From a virus (lineage: Duplodnaviria > Caudoviricetes): 61,352 bases of DNA. The position numbers and the translations under genes were made by a program. The notes under the pieces were generated by a model, which saw only the letters and a program-made list of their open reading frames with translations, was not told the origin of the DNA and ran no database searches. The stretch is taken from the IMG/VR virus record IMGVR_UViG_3300009187_000027, positions 1 to 61,352 of that record. One strand, given 5' to 3'. Shown here one piece after another: positions 9,093 through 18,247 of this stretch. The stretch's first letter is position 1. Every line of letters begins with the position of its first letter.

Positions 9093-9741
9093 AGACATGT
9101 GGGCGATCATCGCCCTAGCATTCGCACTGGGATTTCTTTTCGCCGCGATGTGCCCTGCGGCGGAGCCCGAGACGCTGCGAGATGTGCTGTCGCTCCTGCC
9201 ACCGGAGGACATTCGTGCAGCCGCCGGGCCTGATGGCTGCAAGGTGACGCTGGCTCACGAAGCCACGCACTTCGTTAACTCCAAACTCAGTAAGCCGGGA
9301 GTTCGCGGGTTCTATCTCGGGGATGCAGATGTCTGGACGTTCCCGATCCCGTCACAAACTAAACTCGCGCACGTTGCAGAGGCGATCCCAAGGGAACTGC
9401 GTGGCAAGACCTACAAGACCTACCTCATCGACGCGCAGCAGTGGTGGCAGGACTGCCCGCTGTACCCGTTCGATGAAGCCGTCGCCTACTGGGCGGGGGC
9501 GAAGACCCGCATCGAACTCGGGTTGGCGAATCGGCAGGAGACCGAGCGGTTCGGCGTCGAGTTGCTGGTCTACAGCCAGCATGCCCTCGACCAGATCAAG
9601 CGGCGTGAGCCAGCGTCCTACCCTCACGCTGAACTGGATGAGTTCCTCGATGTCCTCGTCGCCCGAGCAAGGATCATCTGCCGCGAGTTCGACCGCCAGC
9701 CCTACGCCGAGTCACTGAGTGGCAGGGGGTGGATGGAGTGA
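9070..9741 (+). CDS. Exported or membrane-anchored HExxH protein (putative metallopeptidase)
   Basis: Hydrophobic N-terminus, HEATH, downstream FDEA. Confidence 0.55.
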   Translation: MSRRQDLRDMWAIIALAFALGFLFAAMCPAAEPETLRDVLSLLPPEDIRAAAGPDGCKVTLAHEATHFVNSKLSKPGVRGFYLGDADVWTFPIPSQTKLAHVAEAIPRELRGKTYKTYLIDAQQWWQDCPLYPFDEAVAYWAGAKTRIELGLANRQETERFGVELLVYSQHALDQIKRREPASYPHAELDEFLDVLVARARIICREFDRQPYAESLSGRGWME

Positions 9742-10112
9742 GCCGGAACCGCAGGCTGGCGGAGTACGCCAGCACACACGACCGCTGTGCCGTGTGCCAT
9801 TGGCCCGCGCACAAGCGTGAGTGGCGTCGGCAACTGCAAGTCCATCACATCTGCGGCAGGCGAGGCAAAGACCCGCACGACCACCGGAACCTACTGATGC
9901 TGTGCGACCTCGACCACGACGCCTACCACGACGGCGGAATTCCCGGTCGATCTGTTGACCTCGCCCTTATCCTGAAATGCAAAGAGCAAGAGGATGGTCT
10001 TGATCTTGAATATCTGGCGGCTCTTCGGCATCGGAAGTCGTTGCCAGCCGACCCCGTACTACGCATCCCTGACCCCTTCGCGACCGAGCGAATCACCAAC
10101 GCACACCTCTAG
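9738..10112 (+). CDS. HNH endonuclease
   Basis: CAVC...LQVHHI...NLLMLC..DH...H. Confidence 0.82.
   Translation: MSRNRRLAEYASTHDRCAVCHWPAHKREWRRQLQVHHICGRRGKDPHDHRNLLMLCDLDHDAYHDGGIPGRSVDLALILKCKEQEDGLDLEYLAALRHRKSLPADPVLRIPDPFATERITNAHL
9948..9973 (+). promoter_or_regulatory. Short-spacer promoter-like element C
   Basis: CGATCTG TTGACC TCGCCCT TATCCT. Confidence 0.55.
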
Positions 10113-10131
10113 ACCAAGGAAGGCAACGACA

Positions 10132-10509
10132 GTGAAGAGCAGCAGACAGAAGGGAGCCGCCGGGGAGCGGGAACTTGCCGAGGTCTTCCGCGAACTCGGC
10201 TACACGGCGAGGCGCACACAGCAGTACTGCGGTTCTGCTGGGGACGGCGACATCGTGGTCAACGAACTGCCGACGATCCTATGGGAGAGCAAACGTGTCG
10301 AGCGGCTCAACATCCATGAGGCTGTGCATCGAGTCGCCTACGATGCAGGCAGGACGGGCCAGATCGGAGCCGTCTGCCACCGCCGCAACGGCACCGAGTG
10401 GCTGCTGACCATCCGGCTCGCTGACATCCATCACTTTGCCGAGCGTGTGCATCTGGGGATGAAGCGCAGATGGGAGGGCAAGGATGCGCCGCAACCTGAG
10501 AGCGACTGA
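10132..10509 (+). CDS. Hjc-like Holliday junction resolvase
   Basis: SRQKGAAGERELA...GDI...ESKRVE. Confidence 0.8.
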   Translation: MKSSRQKGAAGERELAEVFRELGYTARRTQQYCGSAGDGDIVVNELPTILWESKRVERLNIHEAVHRVAYDAGRTGQIGAVCHRRNGTEWLLTIRLADIHHFAERVHLGMKRRWEGKDAPQPESD

Positions 10510-11008
10510 CCTGATTGTCTGTGCCCTGCTGGCGGAACGACGCAACGTCACGAAGACGGTCGCCAGCAATCGGCGTGTGCATGACGAGAGCGACTTTGCA
10601 ACGCACCTCGTCGGGGTGATGGGCGAGTATGTGGTCGCCGGGTTTCTCGGTGCGAGGGTGGATGACAGCGTCAGCCTGACGGGCGATGACAAGATCACTG
10701 ACCTCCGAGTCAACGGTCGGACGGTGCAGGTCAAGACCCGGAAGGTTCTGCATGGAGAAACGTGGCTGTACTTCAACCGGCGTGAGGACTTCAAGGCTGA
10801 CATCGCAGTGCTGGCTGCGACCGAGAACCTGACCACGGTGCATGTGATCGGATGGATCACGCGAGAGGAGTTTCTTGAGAAGGCGGAGGAGGTTGATTGG
10901 GGGTACGGCCCCCGTCACGGTGTTCGGCAGTCAGCCCTGCTGCCGTTCGCTGCTCTCGTTCAGGGCGAGGAGAGAGTTCATGGCTCTGTTTCATCGGTCG
11001 AAGGTTAA
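10484..11008 (+). CDS. PD-(D/E)XK nuclease-fold protein
   Basis: GVMGEYVVA...D...VQVKT pattern. Confidence 0.6.
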   Translation: MRRNLRATDLIVCALLAERRNVTKTVASNRRVHDESDFATHLVGVMGEYVVAGFLGARVDDSVSLTGDDKITDLRVNGRTVQVKTRKVLHGETWLYFNRREDFKADIAVLAATENLTTVHVIGWITREEFLEKAEEVDWGYGPRHGVRQSALLPFAALVQGEERVHGSVSSVEG

Positions 11009-11366
11009 GGACGGTATCGCAACCTACGGCACGGGTGCCCAGCGTTCGGCGCAGGGCGTGAGGTTTGACGTTCTTTCTCCCATCGGGCTCCGCCGAGTGG
11101 CTGCCCGAGCCCACTTGGGTGCTGAGAAGTACGGAGACTTCAACGTCGAGAAGGGTCTGGCGGTCAGCGTGTTGCTGAACCACGCACTGGCCCATGTCTA
11201 CACCTATCTGGAGGGGAACCGCGACGAGGATCACCTCGCAGCCGCATGCTGGGGGCTGATGTTCGCGATCCACTCCGAGGAACTCTGGCCCGAACTGAAC
11301 CGCGACCTGCGGCAGCCGGGTTGCCAGCCGCCCGCCGCCGCGATGGGAGGTGCCGTCGATGACTGA
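10980..11366 (+). CDS. dATP/dGTP diphosphohydrolase-like protein (DUF5664)
   Basis: RFDVLSP...GAEKYG..N..KG...H...EDHLAAA. Confidence 0.8.
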   Translation: MALFHRSKVKDGIATYGTGAQRSAQGVRFDVLSPIGLRRVAARAHLGAEKYGDFNVEKGLAVSVLLNHALAHVYTYLEGNRDEDHLAAACWGLMFAIHSEELWPELNRDLRQPGCQPPAAAMGGAVDD

Positions 11367-11682
11367 CGATGTCCCATGCCCAGACCCGGTTGATCTGAGC
11401 CACCTGTCGCGGGCGGAGGTGGCTGCGGGATACCGTCGCATCTGCGGGGCAGTCCTGATTCAGGCTGCACTGTCGCTGCGTCGAACTTCTGCGGTGCGAG
11501 ACGCCATCGACAAGTACTCCCTCGACCGGCACTACGACCGGGTGTCGGCGGAGCGTTGGGTGGCTGGCGGCGATGCGCAAATCCCCTTTGAGGAGGCATG
11601 CGAGGCTCTCGACATGCAGCCCGACTACGTCCGCGACCGCATGGGAATGGGCGAGGGGAGGGGTTTGCAGCGTCACCCGTAG
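11359..11682 (+). CDS. Hypothetical protein
   Basis: GGAGG RBS, coupled start; AVLIQA...FEEACEALD. Confidence 0.65.
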   Translation: MTDDVPCPDPVDLSHLSRAEVAAGYRRICGAVLIQAALSLRRTSAVRDAIDKYSLDRHYDRVSAERWVAGGDAQIPFEEACEALDMQPDYVRDRMGMGEGRGLQRHP

Positions 11683-11738
11683 GTGCCGTCCATAAATAGG
11701 GGGAACGGATTCCCCGTTGGGCAGCACAGGGTGGTCGC

Positions 11739-12056
11739 ATGTACACTGGTCGGAAGTTCACGCATCCGCTGGATTGGATCGGGGGCAGGGACGCCCCCTT
11801 ACCCGACCGGATCGAGGCTCGCTCCCGCACCGCAGAACTGGTGTGCCTCATCCTGATCCTCGCCTTGATAGGAGCAGTCTATGGCGTCTGGCAATGGGCC
11901 TCGCGGTGGCGGCAAGCCTACGCGACGGCGGTCGCAGCGCGGAGCGTCATCGAATACGAGCCGCTCTCGGAAGCAGACCCAGCAGCAGGAGACGCCGCCC
12001 CCGGAAAGGGGAGTCGTGGCCTGTCTGGCCTTAGAGGCTGGAGATCGCGGCACTAA
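11739..12056 (+). CDS. Hypothetical membrane protein
   Basis: Single hydrophobic helix LVCLILILALIGAVYGVW. Confidence 0.5.
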   Translation: MYTGRKFTHPLDWIGGRDAPLPDRIEARSRTAELVCLILILALIGAVYGVWQWASRWRQAYATAVAARSVIEYEPLSEADPAAGDAAPGKGSRGLSGLRGWRSRH

Positions 12057-12207
12057 CCCCTGTCAGGGGTGTGATGCCCGAGCGGCGACGGTGCAGGTGG
12101 GCAGCACCGGGAGGCGTCTCCAGTGGCCCCTCTACTGCACCCTCTGCCACGAAAAGATGTGTGCCCGTGAGTGGCGTGACGCATCGTGGACTCGCTACAT
12201 GCGGTGA
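12016..12207 (+). CDS. Small zinc-ribbon protein
   Basis: CQGC and CTLC pairs; GGGGAG before GTG. Confidence 0.4.
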   Translation: MACLALEAGDRGTNPCQGCDARAATVQVGSTGRRLQWPLYCTLCHEKMCAREWRDASWTRYMR

Positions 12208-12210
12208 GTC

Positions 12211-12768
12211 GTGAGCCCATACACGCAGCGGCAACTCACGCCCGAGCAGAGTGCCAGAGCCGAGGACGCAGTCCGGTTTGTCGGGGTCTGCGTCCGCTCG
12301 TTCTTGAAGTCCTGCCCGAGTTATAGAAAGTTGGCGAGGGTCTGCGACTTCGATTCCGCAGCCCGCATGGCTGTGGTCGAGGCGTCCTTTACCTACGACC
12401 CGGCGAAGTCTCAGCCTCAGACGTACTACGGTTCGGCGGTGCGGCATGCCCTCCTCAAAGAGGTGCGCCGCTACCAGCGGAGCAGGGAGGGGGCTGACGA
12501 GAGAGTCTCGTTAGAGAGGGCCATGTCGGAGGCACCGGCACAGGCCCACCGGCAGGCAGGACTAGAGTGTCTAGCCTGCCTGCCGGATGAGGAACGCAGG
12601 CTGGTCGAAGCCCACGTTCTTGAGGGTCACTCGATGCTGGCTATCGGTCGCCAGATCGGCAGGGATTGGCGGACGGTCAAGGCACGACTGCGTCGGGCAC
12701 TACGCCGCCTGTCGGACTGTGTCGCGAGCGGGCAAACGACTGCGGATAACCGTAGCCCCTCGCCTTGA
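12211..12768 (+). CDS. Phage-encoded sigma-70-family (ECF-sized) sigma factor
   Basis: Region-2-like AVVEASFTYDPAK..TY...VR; region-4 HTH LPDEERRLV...GHSMLAIGRQIGRDWRTVKARLRRA. Confidence 0.82.
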   Translation: MSPYTQRQLTPEQSARAEDAVRFVGVCVRSFLKSCPSYRKLARVCDFDSAARMAVVEASFTYDPAKSQPQTYYGSAVRHALLKEVRRYQRSREGADERVSLERAMSEAPAQAHRQAGLECLACLPDEERRLVEAHVLEGHSMLAIGRQIGRDWRTVKARLRRALRRLSDCVASGQTTADNRSPSP

Positions 12769-13456
12769 TCGCGTCACGCACCGTTCGCCACGACCACCTC
12801 TTGGAGTTCGACCGCTTCCAGAACAGGGGGGCGTCCCCCGCTCTGGTCGCGATCTTCTGGAGGGACATCCCCTCGCCCAGCCAGCCAGCCATCTGGTCGA
12901 TGCGTGACCGCTCCTCCAGATCGGGCAGTAGGTAAGAGCCCTTGCCCGTGCCGTGCCTCGCCCAGCCGAACGGTATCTCCACGCACCTGCGACCAACCGG
13001 GACTCCCTTCGACTTCTTCAGCGCCATCACCTCGCGAGTCCGTTCGCTGGCGTACCTCCGCTGCATCTGAGCCAGAGCCAGCATCAGATGCAGCCCGAAC
13101 TCACCGAACGCAGTGGTCGAGTCGAACCCGATGTCGAGGGCTACGAACTCCACGCCTTTGGCCTTCAGAAGTTGGAGCGTGTTCACGCCACCCAGCAGGG
13201 AGCGGGACATGCGATCCAACTTGCTGACCACGATCACATCACCGGGCTGGGCCAGCACCCAGACCTTGGCACCCTCGATGCGGTCGGAGAAGTCCTTGCT
13301 CCCCGAGACCGCCGCATCGTAGTACCAGCCGCCGAGGGTGTAGCCCTTGGGCTGGAGGGTCTGCTGCCAGTAGCCCTCGCATGCCTTCCGCTGCACCTCC
13401 TCAGTTGCACTCTGCTTGTTGGTCGAGTGCCGACCGTAGCAATAGCAGACGCTCAT
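12677..13456 (-). CDS. Serine recombinase (resolvase domain plus short recombinase-like C-terminus)
   Basis: YGRHST..Q, D..VSG, GDVIVVSKLDRMSR, PFGW. Confidence 0.9.
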   Translation of the reverse strand: MSVCYCYGRHSTNKQSATEEVQRKACEGYWQQTLQPKGYTLGGWYYDAAVSGSKDFSDRIEGAKVWVLAQPGDVIVVSKLDRMSRSLLGGVNTLQLLKAKGVEFVALDIGFDSTTAFGEFGLHLMLALAQMQRRYASERTREVMALKKSKGVPVGRRCVEIPFGWARHGTGKGSYLLPDLEERSRIDQMAGWLGEGMSLQKIATRAGDAPLFWKRSNSKRWSWRTVRDAIKARGYGYPQSFARSRHSPTGGVVPDAVVP

Positions 13457-13848
13457 CGCATGGCCCTCCGCCTCTGGCGTTTCATCTCCATCCGCTGATC
13501 CCACCACTGGTCGTTGTCGTATCCGACGAACGCACCAGTTCTGGAGTCGATGTAGTAATCATCGAACTTCCACGCCGCCCTTCCCGCCGGGCCAAGCACA
13601 ACCTCCCTGCCGTCCAACTGCCCGGCCCAGTAGCCCGACCACGGGGTCGCCACCTCCTGCGGTGCCGAGTTCCACGGCAGGTCAGGGAACGGGACATCCA
13701 AGTCCCCGGCACATGCCGCACCGCCGAGCAGGCAGAGCAGCACCACGGGGATGCTATGCCGCGACTTGTGGCACAGCATGTAGTAGATCACGCCGTGCGA
13801 CAGAACCATCATCACGAACCAGCGAACGTCCTCAATGAACTCAGTCAT
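13453..13848 (-). CDS. Hypothetical membrane or exported protein
   Basis: GAGG RBS, hydrophobic segments, coupled to recombinase start. Confidence 0.55.
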   Translation of the reverse strand: MTEFIEDVRWFVMMVLSHGVIYYMLCHKSRHSIPVVLLCLLGGAACAGDLDVPFPDLPWNSAPQEVATPWSGYWAGQLDGREVVLGPAGRAAWKFDDYYIDSRTGAFVGYDNDQWWDQRMEMKRQRRRAMR

Positions 13849-13856
13849 CTCACACC

Positions 13857-14501
13857 TCATGCACTAGGGAGACCGCCGAACACGACGCTGCTACGAGCAG
13901 CATCGATCACCCAATCGACCGAGCCGAACTGCACCGCCCGATACTGCTGGCCCTGCCAGAAAACTGCGGGGCTGTGCATCAGCGACAAATCGAACATCAC
14001 GCAGTCACCGAGCCTGATCTCCCGTGGATCAGCGACGATGTCATCGGTCAGCGTCACGCCATCGGTCACTGGCTGGCGGACGCACAGCCACGGCTTCGCG
14101 AACGACGCGGCGTGGGAGCATCTGCGTTTGAGCAGGAACCCCCAGCACGGGACGATCATCGCACCGCCGACCACCTGCTTACCCTCTGTCGCGGCAGCCA
14201 TTGCGTAAGGCCACTCCGACCGCCAATCGTAGGGGTTCACCCGCCGCATGCCGACCTCCGTATCCACGCCCATCTGGCGTCGGAACCCGGTCATCGCGGA
14301 GTCCAACTGCATGGCGTGATCGATGACGATTGGACACCACGACGCCAGCACACCAGTTGCCTTGCGGTTGGTGACCGCAGCCTTGAGACCTTTCCGACCG
14401 AGCCTCCGCCAAATCCCCTCGACAGCCCCGGTCGTACCTACGATCTTCCGGTGCGTCTTATCGTAAGCCGCGACCAGTGATGGTCTGTCTATCCGCCGCA
14501 T
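13857..14501 (-). CDS. Hypothetical protein
   Basis: GGAGG RBS; in-operon position. Confidence 0.65.
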   Translation of the reverse strand: MRRIDRPSLVAAYDKTHRKIVGTTGAVEGIWRRLGRKGLKAAVTNRKATGVLASWCPIVIDHAMQLDSAMTGFRRQMGVDTEVGMRRVNPYDWRSEWPYAMAAATEGKQVVGGAMIVPCWGFLLKRRCSHAASFAKPWLCVRQPVTDGVTLTDDIVADPREIRLGDCVMFDLSLMHSPAVFWQGQQYRAVQFGSVDWVIDAARSSVVFGGLPSA

Positions 14502-14502
14502 C

Positions 14503-16008
14503 TCAGCCTCCCCTCTTTGCGAGTTCACAAACCTGCATCCACGACGGGATCGGGTACGCCCCGTCCCGCTGCCTGACCAGAGCCACGATCACCCTCGACT
14601 TCAGCCGCTGCTTGGGATAGGGCGTGATGCCATCGGTGATCAGGATCATGCAGTCAGGCTTGAGTTCCCGCTCGCATGCCTCCAGCACCACGCCCATGTC
14701 GGTGCCGCCACCGTGGCCCACCTTCATCGCCTTCGCAGACCTCACGACATCGCGAGAGTGGACTCGCGTGTCGCCCTGCACCACGGTCACCTGTCCGAGA
14801 CGCTTCACCCCCTTCTCGATCACGCCGAGGGCACGGTCACGCAACTCGCTCTCATACCCGAGTTGCATCGAGCCCGAGGTATCCAGCACCACCACCGCAG
14901 ATGGCGTCTGCTTGACCACGCCACGCAGGCGAGGCCCGTCCTCCTGCTGGCGACGAGAGAGCCGCCGCAGGGTGAAGTCGGGCCTGCCCACCGGGCTCGC
15001 AACCGCACGGCAGATGCGGGACAGGAGCAGATCGAACGGGTCAACCTGCCGGGTGAACCGCAGGTCGAGAGCCTCGACCAGTTGGCTGGGGATCGAGCCG
15101 GGCGAGCCAGCCTCGATCTCCTTGATCTTCTCCGCCAAGTCCTTGTCGGCAGCCCACTCACGCTCATCGTCGGTGCCCGAGTCGGGCTCCTCCCATGAAC
15201 GAGGGATGCCGTCAGCACTGCTGCTGCCCGGCGGGTCTACGTCTGCCTCATTCCCGCCATCGTCAGGGCTATCTCCGCCCTCCGCTGCTGGCCCGCCCTT
15301 GCCACCGTCACCATCCTCCGCATCATCGTCACCGCCCGCTGATGAACCGTCGCCTTCATCGTCATCCTCATCGTCGCCCTCGCCGGGCTGCGAGTCGGCA
15401 TCGCCATCGCCGTCATCATCTTCGCTCGATTCCTCCTCGCTCTCGGAGGGAACACCTTCGCCATCCCCGTCTTCGTCCCCGTCCCCGGCATCGTCGGACT
15501 CGTCCTGCTCGCTATCGTCATCACCGTCTGCATCTGACTCGGACTGATCGTCATCGCTCTGCTCCTCATCGTTAGGCTGCTGACGCAGCAGTTCGTAGTA
15601 CTCGGTCGCTGACAGGTTCGAGGGGAACCCGTCATCCTCTGCCACCATCACGCCACTCGGTGCATCGCTGATCCACTTCTTGAGGATTCCATTCACGACA
15701 TAGTCGCAGGCCACATTCCAGAGCCGTGCATTCTCGGCGGTCGGCTTCTCGCCAAGCACCCGTCGAGCGATGCGGGCATGGCCCAGCACCACATGCAGCA
15801 CCTCATGCAGGATCACGAACGCACCTGCCGGGGTGCTGATGCGGTCGGCAAACGCCGGGTCGAAGTAGAGATTCCCCCGAGCGTCCACCGCCGCAGTGCC
15901 CAGCCCCTTCCTCTCGTAGGTGGGCATGCCGTAGACCCGAGCCGCGAGATACGGCAGGATCAAACGGGATGCGATCTTCCAAGCGGTCACCTTCTCACGC
16001 GGTTCCAT
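14503..16008 (-). CDS. DUF2201-type metallopeptidase-like/VWA protein
   Basis: HEVLH, WNVACD..VN, acidic linker, MIDAS DTSGSM, GGGTD, ITDG. Confidence 0.9.
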   Translation of the reverse strand: MEPREKVTAWKIASRLILPYLAARVYGMPTYERKGLGTAAVDARGNLYFDPAFADRISTPAGAFVILHEVLHVVLGHARIARRVLGEKPTAENARLWNVACDYVVNGILKKWISDAPSGVMVAEDDGFPSNLSATEYYELLRQQPNDEEQSDDDQSESDADGDDDSEQDESDDAGDGDEDGDGEGVPSESEEESSEDDDGDGDADSQPGEGDDEDDDEGDGSSAGGDDDAEDGDGGKGGPAAEGGDSPDDGGNEADVDPPGSSSADGIPRSWEEPDSGTDDEREWAADKDLAEKIKEIEAGSPGSIPSQLVEALDLRFTRQVDPFDLLLSRICRAVASPVGRPDFTLRRLSRRQQEDGPRLRGVVKQTPSAVVVLDTSGSMQLGYESELRDRALGVIEKGVKRLGQVTVVQGDTRVHSRDVVRSAKAMKVGHGGGTDMGVVLEACERELKPDCMILITDGITPYPKQRLKSRVIVALVRQRDGAYPIPSWMQVCELAKRGG

Positions 16009-16045
16009 CGCAGTCTCCTTTCTGTTGGTTGTCGTTCCGAAACAA

Positions 16046-17173
16046 TCAGCCAATCGTCGTTCGCTTCTTCAGTTCGATCAGCGGCTTGAGGGCGGCAGCC
16101 TTGGGGGCGTAGCCCTTCTCGCTGGCGATCCGCTGGAGTTCCCCGGTGTGGCGGAGTGCCAGTTCGGGGGACGCCCTCTCACCCACGGTGGCGAGGAACT
16201 TCGCCGCCGCATCCCATCGGTCGGGGCTGAAGTCCCTGCCCGAGAGGGTCGCCATCACCGCACCCGTCACGGTGATCGTCCGGTCGGGACGAGCCGGGTC
16301 GTGGGCGAACGTGACGAAGCCGTCGAGCAGGTCAACGGGGTTGACCAGATCGTTGGCAGCCCGCCATGTCACGAACTGAAGCGTGGCGTTGTCGCCAACG
16401 CAGCCCTCGACCATCGACCGCACCATCTTGCTGCCGACCGTCATGTCGCAGCCGCATGCATCGGCGGCGGCGAGGCAGCGGACAGCGTTCGACCACGACC
16501 GTTCAGTGGGGTACGCCCACTGCGAGTCATCCTCTGGAACAACGGAGTCGAGGTTGTCCGACGCCGTCAGGAAGTCAGCGAGCAGGCCACCCCACCGCTC
16601 GACGCAGCCGCTCTGATCCCAGTTGGTGGGCAGGGTCGGGAACACGGGGTCTTCCCACTTGAGGGTGCGGAGACCAGACAGCCACGCCTTCCTATCCTTC
16701 TGCCACTGGGCGTGGAAGAACCTGTTCACCGTGGGCAGGGACAGCGGCTGCCCGTTGGGCGTGATCGCCGCCGGGTTGGTCGCCGCGATCACCACCGTAT
16801 CCCTCGACAAGTGGAAGTCACCGACCCGCAGGTCTTGAATCAGCGTGAGGAACGCTGCCTGCACGGCAGGTGCGACCGCACACAGTTCATCGAGGAAGAG
16901 CAGGCCACCCGGAGTGAACAGAGCCTCCGCCCAGCCCATCGGCAGCATTCGGCAGAGACCCTTCGCGTTGTCGGGCACCGGCAGACCGCCGATGTCCTCC
17001 GGGGAACACTGCGTCCCGAGCAGCGTGACGAACCGACGCTTCAGCGAGCGGGCCATCGCGTTGATGGTTGCCGTCTTGCCCGCACCCGGCGGGCCGACGA
17101 GCAGGACGGGGACGCCCGCCATCGCAGCGATGAGGGCGGGAAGCATCGGGTGATCGAACACAATCGCAAACAT
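16046..17173 (-). CDS. MoxR-like AAA+ ATPase
   Basis: GPPGAGKT, LLFLDEL, AATNP, NRF; adjacent VWA gene. Confidence 0.9.
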   Translation of the reverse strand: MFAIVFDHPMLPALIAAMAGVPVLLVGPPGAGKTATINAMARSLKRRFVTLLGTQCSPEDIGGLPVPDNAKGLCRMLPMGWAEALFTPGGLLFLDELCAVAPAVQAAFLTLIQDLRVGDFHLSRDTVVIAATNPAAITPNGQPLSLPTVNRFFHAQWQKDRKAWLSGLRTLKWEDPVFPTLPTNWDQSGCVERWGGLLADFLTASDNLDSVVPEDDSQWAYPTERSWSNAVRCLAAADACGCDMTVGSKMVRSMVEGCVGDNATLQFVTWRAANDLVNPVDLLDGFVTFAHDPARPDRTITVTGAVMATLSGRDFSPDRWDAAAKFLATVGERASPELALRHTGELQRIASEKGYAPKAAALKPLIELKKRTTIG

Positions 17174-17251
17174 GTGAGAGACTCCTGTGGGAACCATCGA
17201 ACCCAGCGGGGAGGAACACCCTCCCCGCAAAACAATCAGCCAATCGCCAGA

Positions 17252-18118
17252 TCAGGCGGAGATATCCGCCAGTTCCAGCATCGCGAACTTCGTGTCGAGT
17301 GCCTCGACCACCATCGCGACCTCATGCAGACCGACGCCGAACATCTGCTGGTAGGCAGCGATCTTCTGCTTCGCGTTCTCGATGTCATCCTTCCTGCGGG
17401 CGATGCCGCCCTTGGTCATGTCGTGACCGGCGAGCAGGTCAGCCTCCAGTTCCGACCGCATCGCAGCGACCTCCGCCGTGAACGCCCGCACCGCCTCGCG
17501 AGCGATGTCGGGGTTGTCCAGCAGCGGGAACCGGGCCACCGACAGACGCACCTCCGAGTCGGGGTTCGCTGGCCCCTCCTCGATCTGCCTTGCCAGATCG
17601 GTGAACGTCTGGAGCAGACCACCAGCGAGGAAGTACACGCCGCCGCCGTCACGCAGCGACGTTGCCGACCACGCCTTGGTCATGGCCCTGACGAGCAGGC
17701 TGCCCACGGTGGACGCCTCGTAGTAGTCGAGCCGATCCCGGTAGATCGTCTCGATCTCCTGACCACCCGTGATGGGCAGGCCCGCGAAGGTGACCGAGAC
17801 CCGGTCGCTGGCGTCCGCCTTGACCGTGAACTGGTAGTCGTGGGTGTTGCTCTCGACCCCCTTGGTCTCACGCAGCACCTCGAAACCCAGCACCGCCCGG
17901 TCGAGCGGCACGATCTCCCACCTCGACCTCTTCCCCGCCTTGCCGAGGTGCTGCCTGATCGCACGACCGAGGGCCATCGCCCTCTTCTCCCGGCGGGGCA
18001 GCAACTTGCTGAGACCGAGGGACATGAACGCCCGGTCGAACACCGTCTTGCGGCAGCGACCGCTGTTCAGAACGACGAGAGCCCCATCGGCGGACGGGGG
18101 GATGGAAAAAGAACGCAT
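17252..18118 (-). CDS. Conserved hypothetical protein upstream of MoxR/VWA (DUF6744/DUF3150-like)
   Basis: LRDGGGVYF motif, C-terminal coiled coil, gene context. Confidence 0.55.
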   Translation of the reverse strand: MRSFSIPPSADGALVVLNSGRCRKTVFDRAFMSLGLSKLLPRREKRAMALGRAIRQHLGKAGKRSRWEIVPLDRAVLGFEVLRETKGVESNTHDYQFTVKADASDRVSVTFAGLPITGGQEIETIYRDRLDYYEASTVGSLLVRAMTKAWSATSLRDGGGVYFLAGGLLQTFTDLARQIEEGPANPDSEVRLSVARFPLLDNPDIAREAVRAFTAEVAAMRSELEADLLAGHDMTKGGIARRKDDIENAKQKIAAYQQMFGVGLHEVAMVVEALDTKFAMLELADISA

Positions 18119-18171
18119 GGGAAAACTCCTTGATGGAGGTGAAGAAAACAAAGGCATCACGCGATGCCAAT

Positions 18172-18202
18172 AAAAAAGGGACGCACCACAACGGTGCATC
18201 CC
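18172..18202 (-). terminator. Intrinsic terminator
   Basis: GGGATGCACC-GTTGT-GGTGCGTCCC followed by TTTTTT. Confidence 0.75.
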
Positions 18203-18228
18203 AGTGTCCAACACAGGTCAACAGATCG
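18203..18228 (-). promoter_or_regulatory. Short-spacer promoter-like element E
   Basis: CGATCTG TTGACC TGTGTTG GACACT. Confidence 0.5.
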
Positions 18229-18247
18229 ATCCGAATCAATCAGCCAA

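Noticed and set aside
10980-11366. Z-genome (2-aminoadenine) pathway
   Set aside because: DUF5664-like gene alone; no purZ or DNA polymerase seen
15200-15575. Low-complexity TCG/TCA-rich tract
   Set aside because: Encodes the acidic Asp/Glu/Gly linker usual in DUF2201/VWA proteins
16025-18133. 702-aa plus-strand ORF, and similar long ORFs such as 35315-37027 (-)
   Set aside because: Antisense shadows of well-supported genes in GC-rich DNA; Arg/His-rich with no motifs
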